The notes beneath the pieces were generated by a model, which made no database searches, was not told the origin of the DNA, and worked only from the letters and a program-made list of their open reading frames with translations. This document shows, in pieces, positions 1-10,251 of a DNA stretch of 64,000 nucleotides. The stretch covers positions 124,001 to 188,000 of the forward strand of contig NW_026925523.1 of the NCBI RefSeq assembly GCF_032062105.1, read 5' to 3'. The stretch comes from Saccostrea cucullata (lineage: Eukaryota). The position numbers were made by a program, and so were the translations under genes. Numbering within the stretch: position 1 is the stretch's first letter; every line of letters starts with the position of its first letter.

Positions 1-1099
1 GTGATATTTTATGACTTACAAAAAGAGGGAGCAGGTAATGACATGGAGTTTGAATGGATTATCATTTGAAATAATTCGCTTAAATATTATTTTAAAGGCA
101 AATGAACTTCAGATGCAAACTTTCCTTTTGTAACATAGAGATCAGGAGGAAATATAACTCGAGAATAAATAAAGGATAAGGGGTTTTTAAAATTTATTAA
201 ATTCAATATTTAAGTCATTTTAAGGTCATTTTGAATAAATCTGATAGAAAGAATATTTGGGGGATGGGAGTTATAAAACTTGTGATAAGAAAGTATCTTA
301 ATATTTAAACGTTTAAGGATATGAGATCCTCAGCCAGGAAGGATAACTCCAAAAATTAATATTTAATTTGAAATGCATCAAAATGAAACTTGAAAAGGAA
401 ATTTTTTCATGCAACAATTTTCATTTTATTCACCTTTATAAGATTCAAGGTTTTTGGAAGTCCTAGAAAAGGTCTTATAAAAGCTGACATTTATACCATA
501 CAAAAGGAAAAAAAAAATCATACGGTTTTAGAGAAGTAAGATTTTATTGAATTCAGCCTATACCCATGCTTATTAGCATAATATGAAATAAGAAGTGATT
601 TGTGGTGTCTTGCAATGATAGAAAAAGCCGTTTACACTATGTATTATAGAATGGCTATGCATGACGGAAATAGAAGACAAAAAATACTAAATAAGTATAA
701 AAGTCATAACAATTTCTCTGAATGCCTGTATACCTATTGTTTTTTTAACCTAAAATATATTTATTGATCAATTTACAATTAGAAAATGCATTGCTGATAT
801 TCCAATTCGCTTTTTCTGCAAAAATATTGAGATTTGACAATTTTCCCTATATAATATGATTAACTTTAATCTTTAACTTTAAAGAAATACTGTGGATAAA
901 TTTACATAACTTTGTTGATTCAGAGGTACTTTTATGAGTATTTTTGATTACTTGACTGCTAAATTTATAAACCTGAGGATCGGACTACCTTAAATCAGGT
1001 GACTGTTAGATTACTTTTCTGTTCAAATAAACTTGGTCACATGAAAAAATAAATGAACATGTTTACGATGATGACATCGTTTTAGATTCTCTGCGAAAC

Positions 1100-1347
1100 A
1101 TGGCATCAGGTGACAAACCACCCTTAGAAATTCCCAACAATTCATCAGAACCACTCAAAGAAGAGGAGAGTATATTTTCAAAGCTGAAAGGATATTTTAA
1201 CAACAAACCTCCTGAGGGGAATGAATTGTTTGCTCCAATATTCCCAGTATCCCAGGGCCTGTCTTCTCCAATCTCTGATGAAGAGGTGGACGCGTTCATC
1301 GCAAATGAAACAGGATGGGATAGGATAAAATATATGTTTTCTTATAA
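1100..1347 (+). CDS. TIMMDC1: TIMMDC1-like coding exon 1 (MASGDK...ETGWDRIKYMFSY)
   Basis: ATG at 1100, possible acceptor tttag at 1081-1085, donor gtgagt at 1348, ends phase 2. Confidence 0.8.
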
Positions 1348-4300
1348 GTGAGTATTAAACCAGAATGGGATATAGGCTAAATTGTGTTTATCATGCTTAT
1401 AAGTGGGTATTACAAAAAAGGCTAAAACATGTGTTCAGGGGTATGTATTAATTTAAAAAGAAAATATATATAGTATATATTAAATTTAGGGAACAATACG
1501 TAAATTTGAAATCAAAATCTGGAATCAAAATAATATAAATTATATTTATTTTTTAAACATGTAAGCATGAATGATTAGTTTTACCCTTGTTCTTTAATTT
1601 CAGTCCCTTGACAAAGTTTAGTGCTGATTTCTACAATGTATTCAGTATCGCAGCCCCAGTGACAATCTTCTCTGGAATAATTATAGGAGCTCTCCGGTAT
1701 CCTCGGGCCAAGGAAGACTTTATGAGAAGTCCAGAGAGAGGGCTAGTGAAATTTCAGCGAAAAAATCTTCGAATGGCTAAAGTAAGTGTGATACTGTAGA
1801 TCACTTAATTTTTGCCGCACATTATTTTCGTGACATAGCCATAGCCTTTTTTAAGCGAGACAACATTTTCATGAATTGTGGTTATTGCTCTATTTAATCA
1901 TAAAAGCAAAATGAAAAAACACATGTGGGTCCTGAATAAAAAGTGATTTACAGTATCACTATGTAACACACAGTTATATTGTTCATAAGGGCAAAAATAA
2001 CACGGGTCTAAAATAACCCAGATTCAATAATGTCTTTATAGGCCTGAAAAATCTCTGGCCCCCAAGTGGTGCAGATAGTCCTTGACACCATAAATGTTCA
2101 TGCAGGTGTATTGTAACACATAAAATTAATTTTGATCAAATAGATTGCAATGATTATTTTCATGATCTCTATTTTACATGTAACAGAGATATGGAATGTC
2201 GTGGCTGTGAGAAAATATACAGTTTCAAAAATTACTTTGCAAAGAAAAGTTGATTTTATATTGACAATTTGAATTATGTTGATTTTATATGGACCAGAGT
2301 AATTTTTTATGAAGAAAAAAAATCAAAATCAAAAGTGATAACCAAAAATGCATTTTGATAAATAAATTTGAATACTGCATTCATACTTGACAACTGTAAA
2401 TTTCAGTACTGTAAATAAATCTTCAGAGAGTGTTTTGCATTTTCATGATAATGCTACTTATCTTTTTCAGAGGTATAAGTATGATGTTATCACACTGGAT
2501 GTAATGAGGACAGCTGGTAGAGCAGCATTTAAATTTGGTGGATTTTTTACATGTATCTTGTGAGTATTTTTTTCATTATTGTTGCATGTGTTTGCTTCTC
2601 AAATTTAAACTGTTAGATTTTTCACAAGACATTATTGCATATTATACTCTGTGACAACAAATGAAAGGTAGAATAGTCAATTCCTAGTTGTTTGGTTGAA
2701 TATTATATTCAGCAATTATAAATATTTACATTCGCTGTGTTTAATTCATGAAATAACAATTTTAATTGTGAAATTGATTTGAAAAACATTTTTGTGTATA
2801 ATCACTGTGACTTTAGCCAAAAATATACACGAAGAAACGTGCGTTAACGTAAATGAAACATTCACATAAAAGATTTTTAATGAGTTTTGCAGCGACGTTA
2901 GTAAAATGCAACAATATAGGGCAGGGAGGAAGTATTCAAATATTGAGTATATTTTAGTTTGCCTTAAAAAAAAAAAACAGAAAAAGAATGTAAATATAAT
3001 CTCATGATGTTTTTAGTTGGTAAGATTTGAACTAATAGTTAAGTGTGTGAATCACACACAGTAATGAAACATTTTGAATCCCTTGATTTGACAAATGAAG
3101 ATATTTACAGCTGCAGCGCGCTTAATGAAATTATGTACGGGCCATGGTCTCTGGGGGCACAGTAGCTGTGTGTATATACACATGAGAGTAACAATTCACA
3201 CAAATTGTCCAATTCTAAAAAAGAATTTAAATTGATACAAAAAAGAAAAAAAAATTTTTTCCACTTTCATAATACATAATTCCATGAAATATAAAATTTC
3301 TGGTTTTATTGACAGGACTAAGATACATGTAAATTTAAACGAGAGAATATACCAATTTTTCAGTAGGGGATGAATTGGAAATTCTAAAGAACGAGTGCAC
3401 TTATGGGCCCCAGTAAAATGTGAAATATAAACATTCAACTGTGACTTTCAGCCAAAAATTGCAAAATATATAAGAACTTCTGCATAAAAAAGGACATTAA
3501 GAGTAGTTCAGTAAATAAAACATTGCACCATAGAAAATTGTGCAATATGACAAAAGATTAATACATTTTTAAAACTTGTGTGAATCAGAGTTTAGCTACT
3601 TAAAATATGAAAAACAATAAGTCAATGTTTTTCCTAGCTGTATTATGGACCCAGTTGCAGGGGGAGGTCAAGTACTGAAAAAGGGTGAATTGGATAAGTG
3701 AAGAAAATGTACTTCTTTTTATCAATGTAAAGTTGCAAAATAGAAGCATTAATTGATTTTACTGTTAAAAAAAAAACTTTAAGTCCACAAAAGTTTACGT
3801 TTTTTAACACAGAGAACTGAAAGCATGTTTATACCTTGTGCCAAAGAAGAATCTCGACCGAAAAATTATACCGAAATAGAGATTTTGTTTGTTAAGAATT
3901 AAACTAATTGTTAAGTACTACTGGAATTATTTCAAACAGTAATGAAACATTTTGAATCCCTTGATTGATGACAAATGAATCTCTGACATTTACAGCTGCA
4001 GCAGGGGCACTGAATAAATTCAGCTACGGTGTGCGGGCCATGGTCTCTGGCGGCACAATAGCTGGTATTATGGGGTAATTACTAATATTATGTTGTATAT
4101 ATACCTGTATGAGAGTAACAATTGTAAACAATTTTGTCTTTGATTGTCCAATTCTGCAGAATTAAAAGAATTTAAATTGATACAAAAAAGAAAAAAAAAT
4201 TATTTTCTTCACTTTCATAATACATAAATGTACAATGTATGCATAAATGAATGTACCTATAATGGTTTTATGAAATATCTAAGATTTAACTAGAGAATAT

Positions 4301-5001
4301 ACCAAAAGAGAACGATTTAGTTATATATTCTAAAGTAAAATGGCACATAAAAAGGGCCCATTAAGCATTGTGTAAGTGCACTTGTCCTTTATTCCTTTAT
4401 TATAAGTGTAGATTAATGATATATTGATTTGTTTTTCCCCAAATTTAGGTTGCTTTATGGTGGTGCCTATTGTATATTTTTAAATCATTTTGGATTGACA
4501 CAAGATAAACTTCACTGGGAGGATGTTAAGAAGAGACTGGAAGTTGGGGTAAGTAAAAAAAAAGATGTGTTCTAGCTGATCAAGACCCAAAATAACTGAT
4601 ATCATTTTTCTCTTTGTAGGTATAGACATTGTCAATGTTTCTTTTTTTCCTTTTTTTTGAAGGGGGGGGGGGGGGGTTAGTTTCATTTTTGCTTTTTTTT
4701 GATAGCATAAGATATTTTGTCATTATAAAAAGAAAAATGAAATAATAAGACCCAATTAGATAATCTGAATATTTTTTTTGGGGGGGGGGGGGGGTGTTGA
4801 ATTCAAAATTTTACAAAAATGAATAAAACATTGATATATCTGAAACATAACCGATTTACAAAACTGTATATAGTTTATGTATAGTAAAAATTGCTGTTAT
4901 TTTTTTGTCTGCTGTCATTTGCTCTTTTCTCTTTACAGTTTGAACGATCCCAGGAGCATAAAAATAAGAAAGACAGTAATATAAAAAGTAAAGGCTCCTG
5001 A
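1100..5001 (+). CDS. TIMMDC1: TIMMDC1-like complex I assembly factor (Tim17/22/23 family); multi-exon CDS span
   Basis: Spliced translation contains ETGWDRIKYMF and AAAGALNKFSYGVRAMVSGGTIAGIMG, resembling TIMMDC1 motifs as recalled ([39 protein letters not shown]). Exons 1100-1347, 1604-1781, 2471-2559, [unresolved], 3996-4074, 4449-4548, 4939-5001. Confidence 0.8.
1604..1781 (+). CDS. TIMMDC1: TIMMDC1-like coding exon 2 (PLTKFSADF...NLRMAK)
   Basis: tttcag acceptor, gtaagt donor, phase 2 to 0; hydrophobic segment VTIFSGIIIGAL. Confidence 0.8.
1794..1953. mobile_element. Tc1/mariner-type MITE in a TIMMDC1 intron
   Basis: TA|CTGTAGATCACTT ... AAGTGATTTACAG|TA: 13-bp TIR with 1 mismatch, TA on both flanks. 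Confidence 0.7.
2471..2559 (+). CDS. TIMMDC1: TIMMDC1-like coding exon 3 (RYKYDVITLDVMRTAGRAAFKFGGFFTCI)
   Basis: tttttcag acceptor, gtgagt donor, phase 0 to 2, open frame. Confidence 0.75.
2893..2957 (+). CDS. Candidate TIMMDC1-like exon 4 (DVSKMQQYRAGRKYSNIEYIL)
   Basis: ttttgcag acceptor and open frame in the required phase. The needed phase-1 donor is one G short (TTAG|tttgc), so it cannot be spliced canonically as assembled. Confidence 0.3.
3018..3415 (+). repeat. Degraded direct copy of ~3889-4362, including a broken copy of the 3996-4074 exon
   Basis: Shared blocks acagtaatgaaacattttgaatcccttgatt, tttacagctgcagc, cgggccatggtctctgg and aaagaatttaaattgatacaaaaaag, separated by many small deletions. 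Confidence 0.8.
3996..4074 (+). CDS. TIMMDC1: TIMMDC1-like exon (AAGALNKFSYGVRAMVSGGTIAGIMG)
   Basis: tttacag acceptor, gtaatt donor, phase 1 to 2; Gly-rich Tim17-family TM pattern. Confidence 0.75.
4449..4548 (+). CDS. TIMMDC1: TIMMDC1-like exon (LLYGGAYCIFLNHFG...KRLEVG)
   Basis: tttag acceptor, gtaagt donor, phase 2 to 0, continues the frame. Confidence 0.75.
4939..5001 (+). CDS. TIMMDC1: TIMMDC1-like terminal coding exon (FERSQEHKNKKDSNIKSKGS*)
   Basis: Strong polypyrimidine acceptor ctcttttctctttacag, phase 0, TGA at 4999-5001. Confidence 0.65.
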   Translation, partial: FERSQEHKNKKDSNIKSKGS

Positions 5002-5212
5002 CATTGTGATAGAATAGATAATTAATATATCTAATTAAGACTTTATTTTCATTTCAGTCATTTTTTTGTTGTTGTATTTCTTTTCTTCTTTTTTTTTTTT
5101 TACACCACAGTTGTATATATTAAAACAATGAACATTTATATAACTATGTGTTTTATGTTGTTAATCAAGAAGTGAGAAATTTCATATATATGTCAAATTT
5201 ATTTTATTAACA

Positions 5213-6230
5213 TTTATTTGATATAAATATTTGTATTAATTTTATCACAATATAAAGAAAACATGCAGATTATCTCATCTGGTGTTCACTCGCTGAAAAA
5301 TATTGATACACATGCAATTCTGTAAATTTATATACAAAGAATTACAAACAATAGGGATGGTTTCACACTTGTCTCCACTTTTACAACATGAAGATAGGGG
5401 TGAAACGATACGCCTCCTTCACGGTTCGATACGTATCGAAAAATTTGGTCTCGGTTCGGTTAATTTCGATACGATACATTTTGATAGAAGGAAACAAATT
5501 CAACTGTTGTTTTATCCTTCTTTTTACTTAATCAAGTCAAAGATTGTATGTGCAAAATAGATAGAATAAATCACCTTAATTGATTTTACTGTTAAAAATC
5601 ATTTTACAAACTTTAAGTCCACAAAAGTTTACGTTTTTTAACACAGAGAACTGAAAGATGTTACATACATTTTGCCAAACCCCTTAGCTTCAGACACAAA
5701 CGACCGAACCGAAAGTAGAGATTTTGTATCGTGTATTGAGCCGAGAAAAAATACCGCGGTGAACCGATACCGCGGTGAACCGTTTCACCCCTACATGAAG
5801 ACAATTTTAAAACTGGGAGAGTCAAGTAATTTTTAATCAAAATATCTTTAAAAAGCAAATGAAAAGTATTGTAAATTTTAGGTATGAAATTGTCTATCTT
5901 TTTGTTATAATTATGACAATCAAGAAGATAATTTCACAGAGAAAAAAATTTATTTGATATAAATATATATTAATATTATCACGATAAAAACATGCAGAGT
6001 ATCTCATCTGGTGTTCACTTGCTGAAAAATATTGATACACAATTCTGTAAATTCATTACAAAGAATTACAAACAATAGGGACAGTTTCACACTTTTACCC
6101 CCTCTTACAATATGAAGACAATTTTAAAACTGGGAGAGTCAGGTAATTTTTAATCAAAATATCTTTAAATTGCAAATGAAAAGTAATGTAAATTTTGGGT
6201 ATGAAATTGTCTATAATTTTTGTCATAATT
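5213..6230 (+). repeat. Tandem duplication: ~5213-5910 (with hAT insert) and ~5948-6230 (without)
   Basis: Shared tatctcatctggtgttcact, aaagaattacaaacaataggga and atgaagacaattttaaaactgggagagtca. Confidence 0.85.
5395..5793. mobile_element. Non-autonomous hAT element (399 bp)
   Basis: Perfect 13-bp TIR TAGGGGTGAAACG/CGTTTCACCCCTA, perfect 8-bp TSD CATGAAGA (5387-5394 and 5794-5801), repeated subterminal CGATAC and GGTTCG/GAACCG motifs. Confidence 0.92.
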
Positions 6231-6348
6231 CCATTATTTGTAAATTACAATTGAAATATGTCACAAAGCAATGCAAAGAAGAAAATCTTATACTTTATTT
6301 TTATATTTTTGATATTTAGTGTTGTATGTTAGTTGTTTACAAAGGTTC

Positions 6349-6640
6349 ATGCAATATCTACATGTACATAAGAATAAAAGGAATGTATCAATTCATGGAG
6401 TAATTTTTAAAAACATTTAAGAGTTGTCCTTCTTTATTCTGTTGTCAAAAATAGCGCTTGATTAAATTGTATGTGTTGTATGACACATGTTTGACACAAT
6501 TAGTACTTTTTAGACTAGTTGCATGCAATATCTACATAAGAATAAAAGGAGTAATTTTTAAAAACATTTAAGAGTTGTCCTTCTTTATTCTGTTGTCAAA
6601 TCTTTTACATTTTAAATAGCGCTTGATTAAATTGTATGTG
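6349..6640 (+). repeat. Short imperfect tandem duplication (~6349-6474 and ~6523-6640)
   Basis: atgcaatatctacat, ggagtaatttttaaaaacatttaagagttgtccttctttattctgttgtcaaa and aaatagcgcttgattaaattgtatgtg each occur twice. Confidence 0.8.
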
Positions 6641-7107
6641 CAATTGAGTCATATCTTGCAATAGAATTGTGCAAATCTTTATCAAGTATGACACAGTTTA
6701 AATTATTCCTTTATTCCAATACATTAATTGTCAAACATATAAAAGCAAAAACACCAATGCTGGATTACAGTTCGTTTCTAGCATAAAATTTGTATATATG
6801 TATATAATATAATAACTTACTTTTTATAAAACATGAATTTGAATTTTAAAAAAAAACTTGTTGTCTGAGTGCACCTCTACACCCCCCCTTTTTTTCCCAT
6901 TCCCGATCTGTTCCGATTCTTTGGTCTCACAAAATTTGTATTTTTAAGTTTTTAATTCAATGGACCATGACAAATTCATCTCAAATCATTCCTCAAAGTA
7001 TGGATTACCAGCTGGGACATTTCTTTCCTCCTTGTAACATGTAACAATTGAAATTTTATGCTCATGATACGGAAGCTGTCTTCCTACTTTTATACCCATC
7101 ATTTTAA

Positions 7108-7287
7108 ATCAAGAGGCCCATGTGCCACATCACTCACGAGTATGGTTCTGATATTCTTCAACAGAGATCGAATTTCCCCATCTATTTCTTTGTGTGACTT
7201 TGATCACATACTTTAGCTCCTTCCCACCCCATCCGGAGGGATGGGGGATGCTGTAAGTAAATTTGAATCTACACAAGCTGAGGATGC
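7108..7287 (+). mobile_element. Left end of a Helentron/Helitron-type non-autonomous element with one degenerate satellite-like monomer
   Basis: caagaggcccatgtgccacatcactcac terminus and aatttgaatctacacaagctgaggatgc resemble the abundant oyster Helitron-N/Cg170-type repeat (recalled, not searched). Confidence 0.55.
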
Positions 7288-7424
7288 GACACGGGACCTC
7301 GGTTTATATGGTCTCATCTGAAGGGCCGGTCTCCACGTCCCACAGTGGGATTCGAACCCGCAACGTAAGTATCATCTCCACAACTCTAGAGCAGACGCTC
7401 TAACCACTGCACCACGCGAGCGAC
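7286..7424 (-). mobile_element. tRNA-derived SINE, 5' part
   Basis: Minus strand has A-box TGGTGCAGTGG, B-box GGTTCGAATCC, then core GATGAGACCATATAAACCGAGGTCCCGTGTCGC resembling the V-SINE domain. Confidence 0.75.
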
Positions 7425-7615
7425 GAGAGGGGGGATACATAATTAAAAGATTAAACTTCTATATCGAACCTAGGCAAAAAAATAAAATAAAACGTGCCAT
7501 AAAAACTACACCCCAAGTCCTCACTAGAAGCGAAATTATAAACCCTTCAGAGAATTCCTCCTCAGGGGATGTTGCTTTAGGAAGAGATAGAAGCAGGTGT
7601 TCAAAAGAGAAAAAT

Positions 7616-7946
7616 GGGTTGAAGGGCTCCTTGTTCAGACGGTCATGAGTTCGAGTTACTGCTGCGACTGACAAATGCCGATAAAATGGATAGCAACTGT
7701 TCTTGTCCAATGCGCTCGGCACCTTAAAATTGAAGTAAAGTTTGCGGTCATTTGGATGAGACCTTAAAAACAGAGGGCCCGCAGCGTGTCACGGTAGACC
7801 TTGACAAGATAAAGATCCCTCATTGCTCAATGGTCGTAAGTGCCGAGTAATATTAAAATTTGAAGCCCTCCATGGTTGTTTGGTGACGTCTCTGTATGAG
7901 TGAAATATTCTCAAATGGGACGTAAAACATTATACAATTCAATCAA
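7616..7946 (+). mobile_element. Degenerate near-full-length tRNA-derived SINE (V-SINE-like)
   Basis: Degenerate B-box gagttcgagt, core ggatgagaccttaaaaacagagggccc, 3' end ggtgacgtctc...gggacgtaaaaca and CAAT-like tail; the same tail recurs at 62303. Confidence 0.7.
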
Positions 7947-10080
7947 ATAAATTTTTAAGGAAAAAAAGATGAATTTTTATATTTATCCTGTGTTATTTGA
8001 TAAGCATGGAATGACCCATCTCAAAACATAGGGGCTTGTCTTCCGGATTGTTAAATGTAAAATAAATTTTAAAAATTTTGAATGTTCTTTAAATACACTT
8101 AAAAGTTGTTATGCTGTAATAATGATCCTGACACATGGGGTTGTTTTCAGGCTAAGAAAAACCACGTTTAGTCTATATATAAAGACGTACCACACCTATA
8201 TACATAAACTCTACCATACCATGTCACGCTTTGTAACATGCATACTATATTGGATTGTATTCTTGACTAGGGAAAAAAGACCATTGTCTCATTCTTTCTG
8301 TAATCATCAGACAGTATCCTTCGACTGGGAAAAATAAAATTCACATCCGAATCACCATTTAAGAATTTTCTATTGTGTGTCTTTTTTTCTTCTAAATTTT
8401 GTATCGTGGAGTTGCTCCTCTTTGCACTCTTGGTGTACTTGAGTGCTAATTGGGAGCATCTTGAACACGTGTTAAAGTGTCTGTGTTTCGAGGCCGGCTT
8501 AACAATCTCTAATCTTCTCAAAGGCGACTCATCCGAAATTCTCAACACCCAGTTTAATTGGTTTTTCAACAAATTCAATTTCTTTCAAATCATTTTTCTC
8601 CCTGTCCACTATAAATGAAATAAGAATTATTCTTTTTTTCCAAACCTTAAAAGGAATCCTTAATGTCAACATAAGATTTCAATACTGAGAAATTGAATTA
8701 GGAGCTGTTAAATCTTTTAAAAGTTGGAATCTTTTGAACAATACGTCTTATTAATTCAATCTCGGTGTGTTGACATTGCGCGACCCAGGTGCGAAAACGA
8801 CGCCAAAGCCTTGTAAATCGACAAGCTATTGAGATTAAAGGATTTTCGATAGCTTCTTCTGGAGTGAGGCCAGGATATCGTTATATTGAATTCTCTCCTG
8901 TCGATTGATTTCTGTTCTTTTATATATTTTTTTTACCCCTTTTAAGCCTTAACTCTTATTAACGTTTTAAAGCTTTTATTTTAAAATCTTATCGAATGTG
9001 AAGTAGCTGATTAGCATCTTGTTACGTGAATATCAGTATTTTTTAAACGAGCAGGTAATTAAAATGAGGTGTCATTCTCCAAGAATTTGATTTCTCTTGT
9101 TGTACAAGAAAAACTTTGGTCTTGGTTATAGAATTTTTTTTTCTTCAAATTATTTGAACTTTTCTCATTAAATATTAAGTGTGGGTATTGCCGTTCAAGT
9201 TGTTTTTTTTTTATACCAATCGAAATTTGTTGAAAATAGTTTATATCAACTTCAGGTGCAATGTCGAGAAAAACCTTTGATAAACACTTAAGTACCCTGT
9301 TTTAATTGATGTTCCTGTGATATATGTCACCATATGGAAAATATATTATTTCTTCATATTTTTTCACACGAGTTTGGGCCAAACACAAAAACATTCAACT
9401 TGTAAAATATGCATTTTTTCCACATACATGAAATTTGAAATTTTTAACAAGTGCACCCTCGTCCCTTTCAATTATGGTATAACTAGCCAAGACATGTGGC
9501 CACTTCACACGCGGGACAGCCTCTTACGGTCTCAATCGGACACTTTATTTTAAGTGGCGTGTCCACGATCAAATATTTCGAGTACCGCTCAATGAGGGAA
9601 TTTATACAGAAAAGGTGTTTGGACAATCTACCTTCTGAATTATAATCTTGTGTGCAATGAAAAACTTTGTTGCCAAGGGTTGGATACTTTTTTTATTTTG
9701 TTTGATTTATGTTGAAAATATATTTGACAGAATATTTGAATGATTTTTGTTTTATTTCTTTTGAATCGGACCAGAAGATCTGAACACTCTATTCGGAAAT
9801 CTTACTTGGACACTTTTCAAGCGATATTCAAATACTCATACGTACTGAAGTAACTTTTTTTATATCATTGTGCTTCCTACCTAGCCTCGTAGACAAATTT
9901 GAACAAAATATTCAGATATACGCAAAAATAAGAAACAATTCAATGACGCCATTAAAAGTATACATTCACGTCTCTCCTCACCCATTGGTGTTCGAGAAGA
10001 TTACTTTAATTTTTATGGACTTCTCAGATTTTTCCTTAATTTTAATCATTTCCTTTTTATTGGACATACTTCTTTTTTAA

Positions 10081-10251
10081 ACTTGGGCCCCTTTCACCCA
10101 CAAAGATTATGCTCAGATTTATAAGAAATTACTGAGTGGGTATGGAGAAATTGGAAATTTTCTATGTGACAAACGGACAACTAGACAAATGGTTGCCAGG
10201 TACTGATTTGATCAGCATCTTCGAGTTGTTTCTGGGAAGGTGATCTAAAAA
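10081..10251 (+). mobile_element. Degenerate right end of a Helentron-type element
   Basis: Satellite-like monomer, then gacaaacggacaac and terminus ...aggtgatctaaaaa. Confidence 0.4.

Noticed and set aside
7286-7424. tRNA gene on the minus strand
   Set aside because: A and B boxes are present, but there is no clean acceptor stem or anticodon arm, and the sequence runs into a SINE core.
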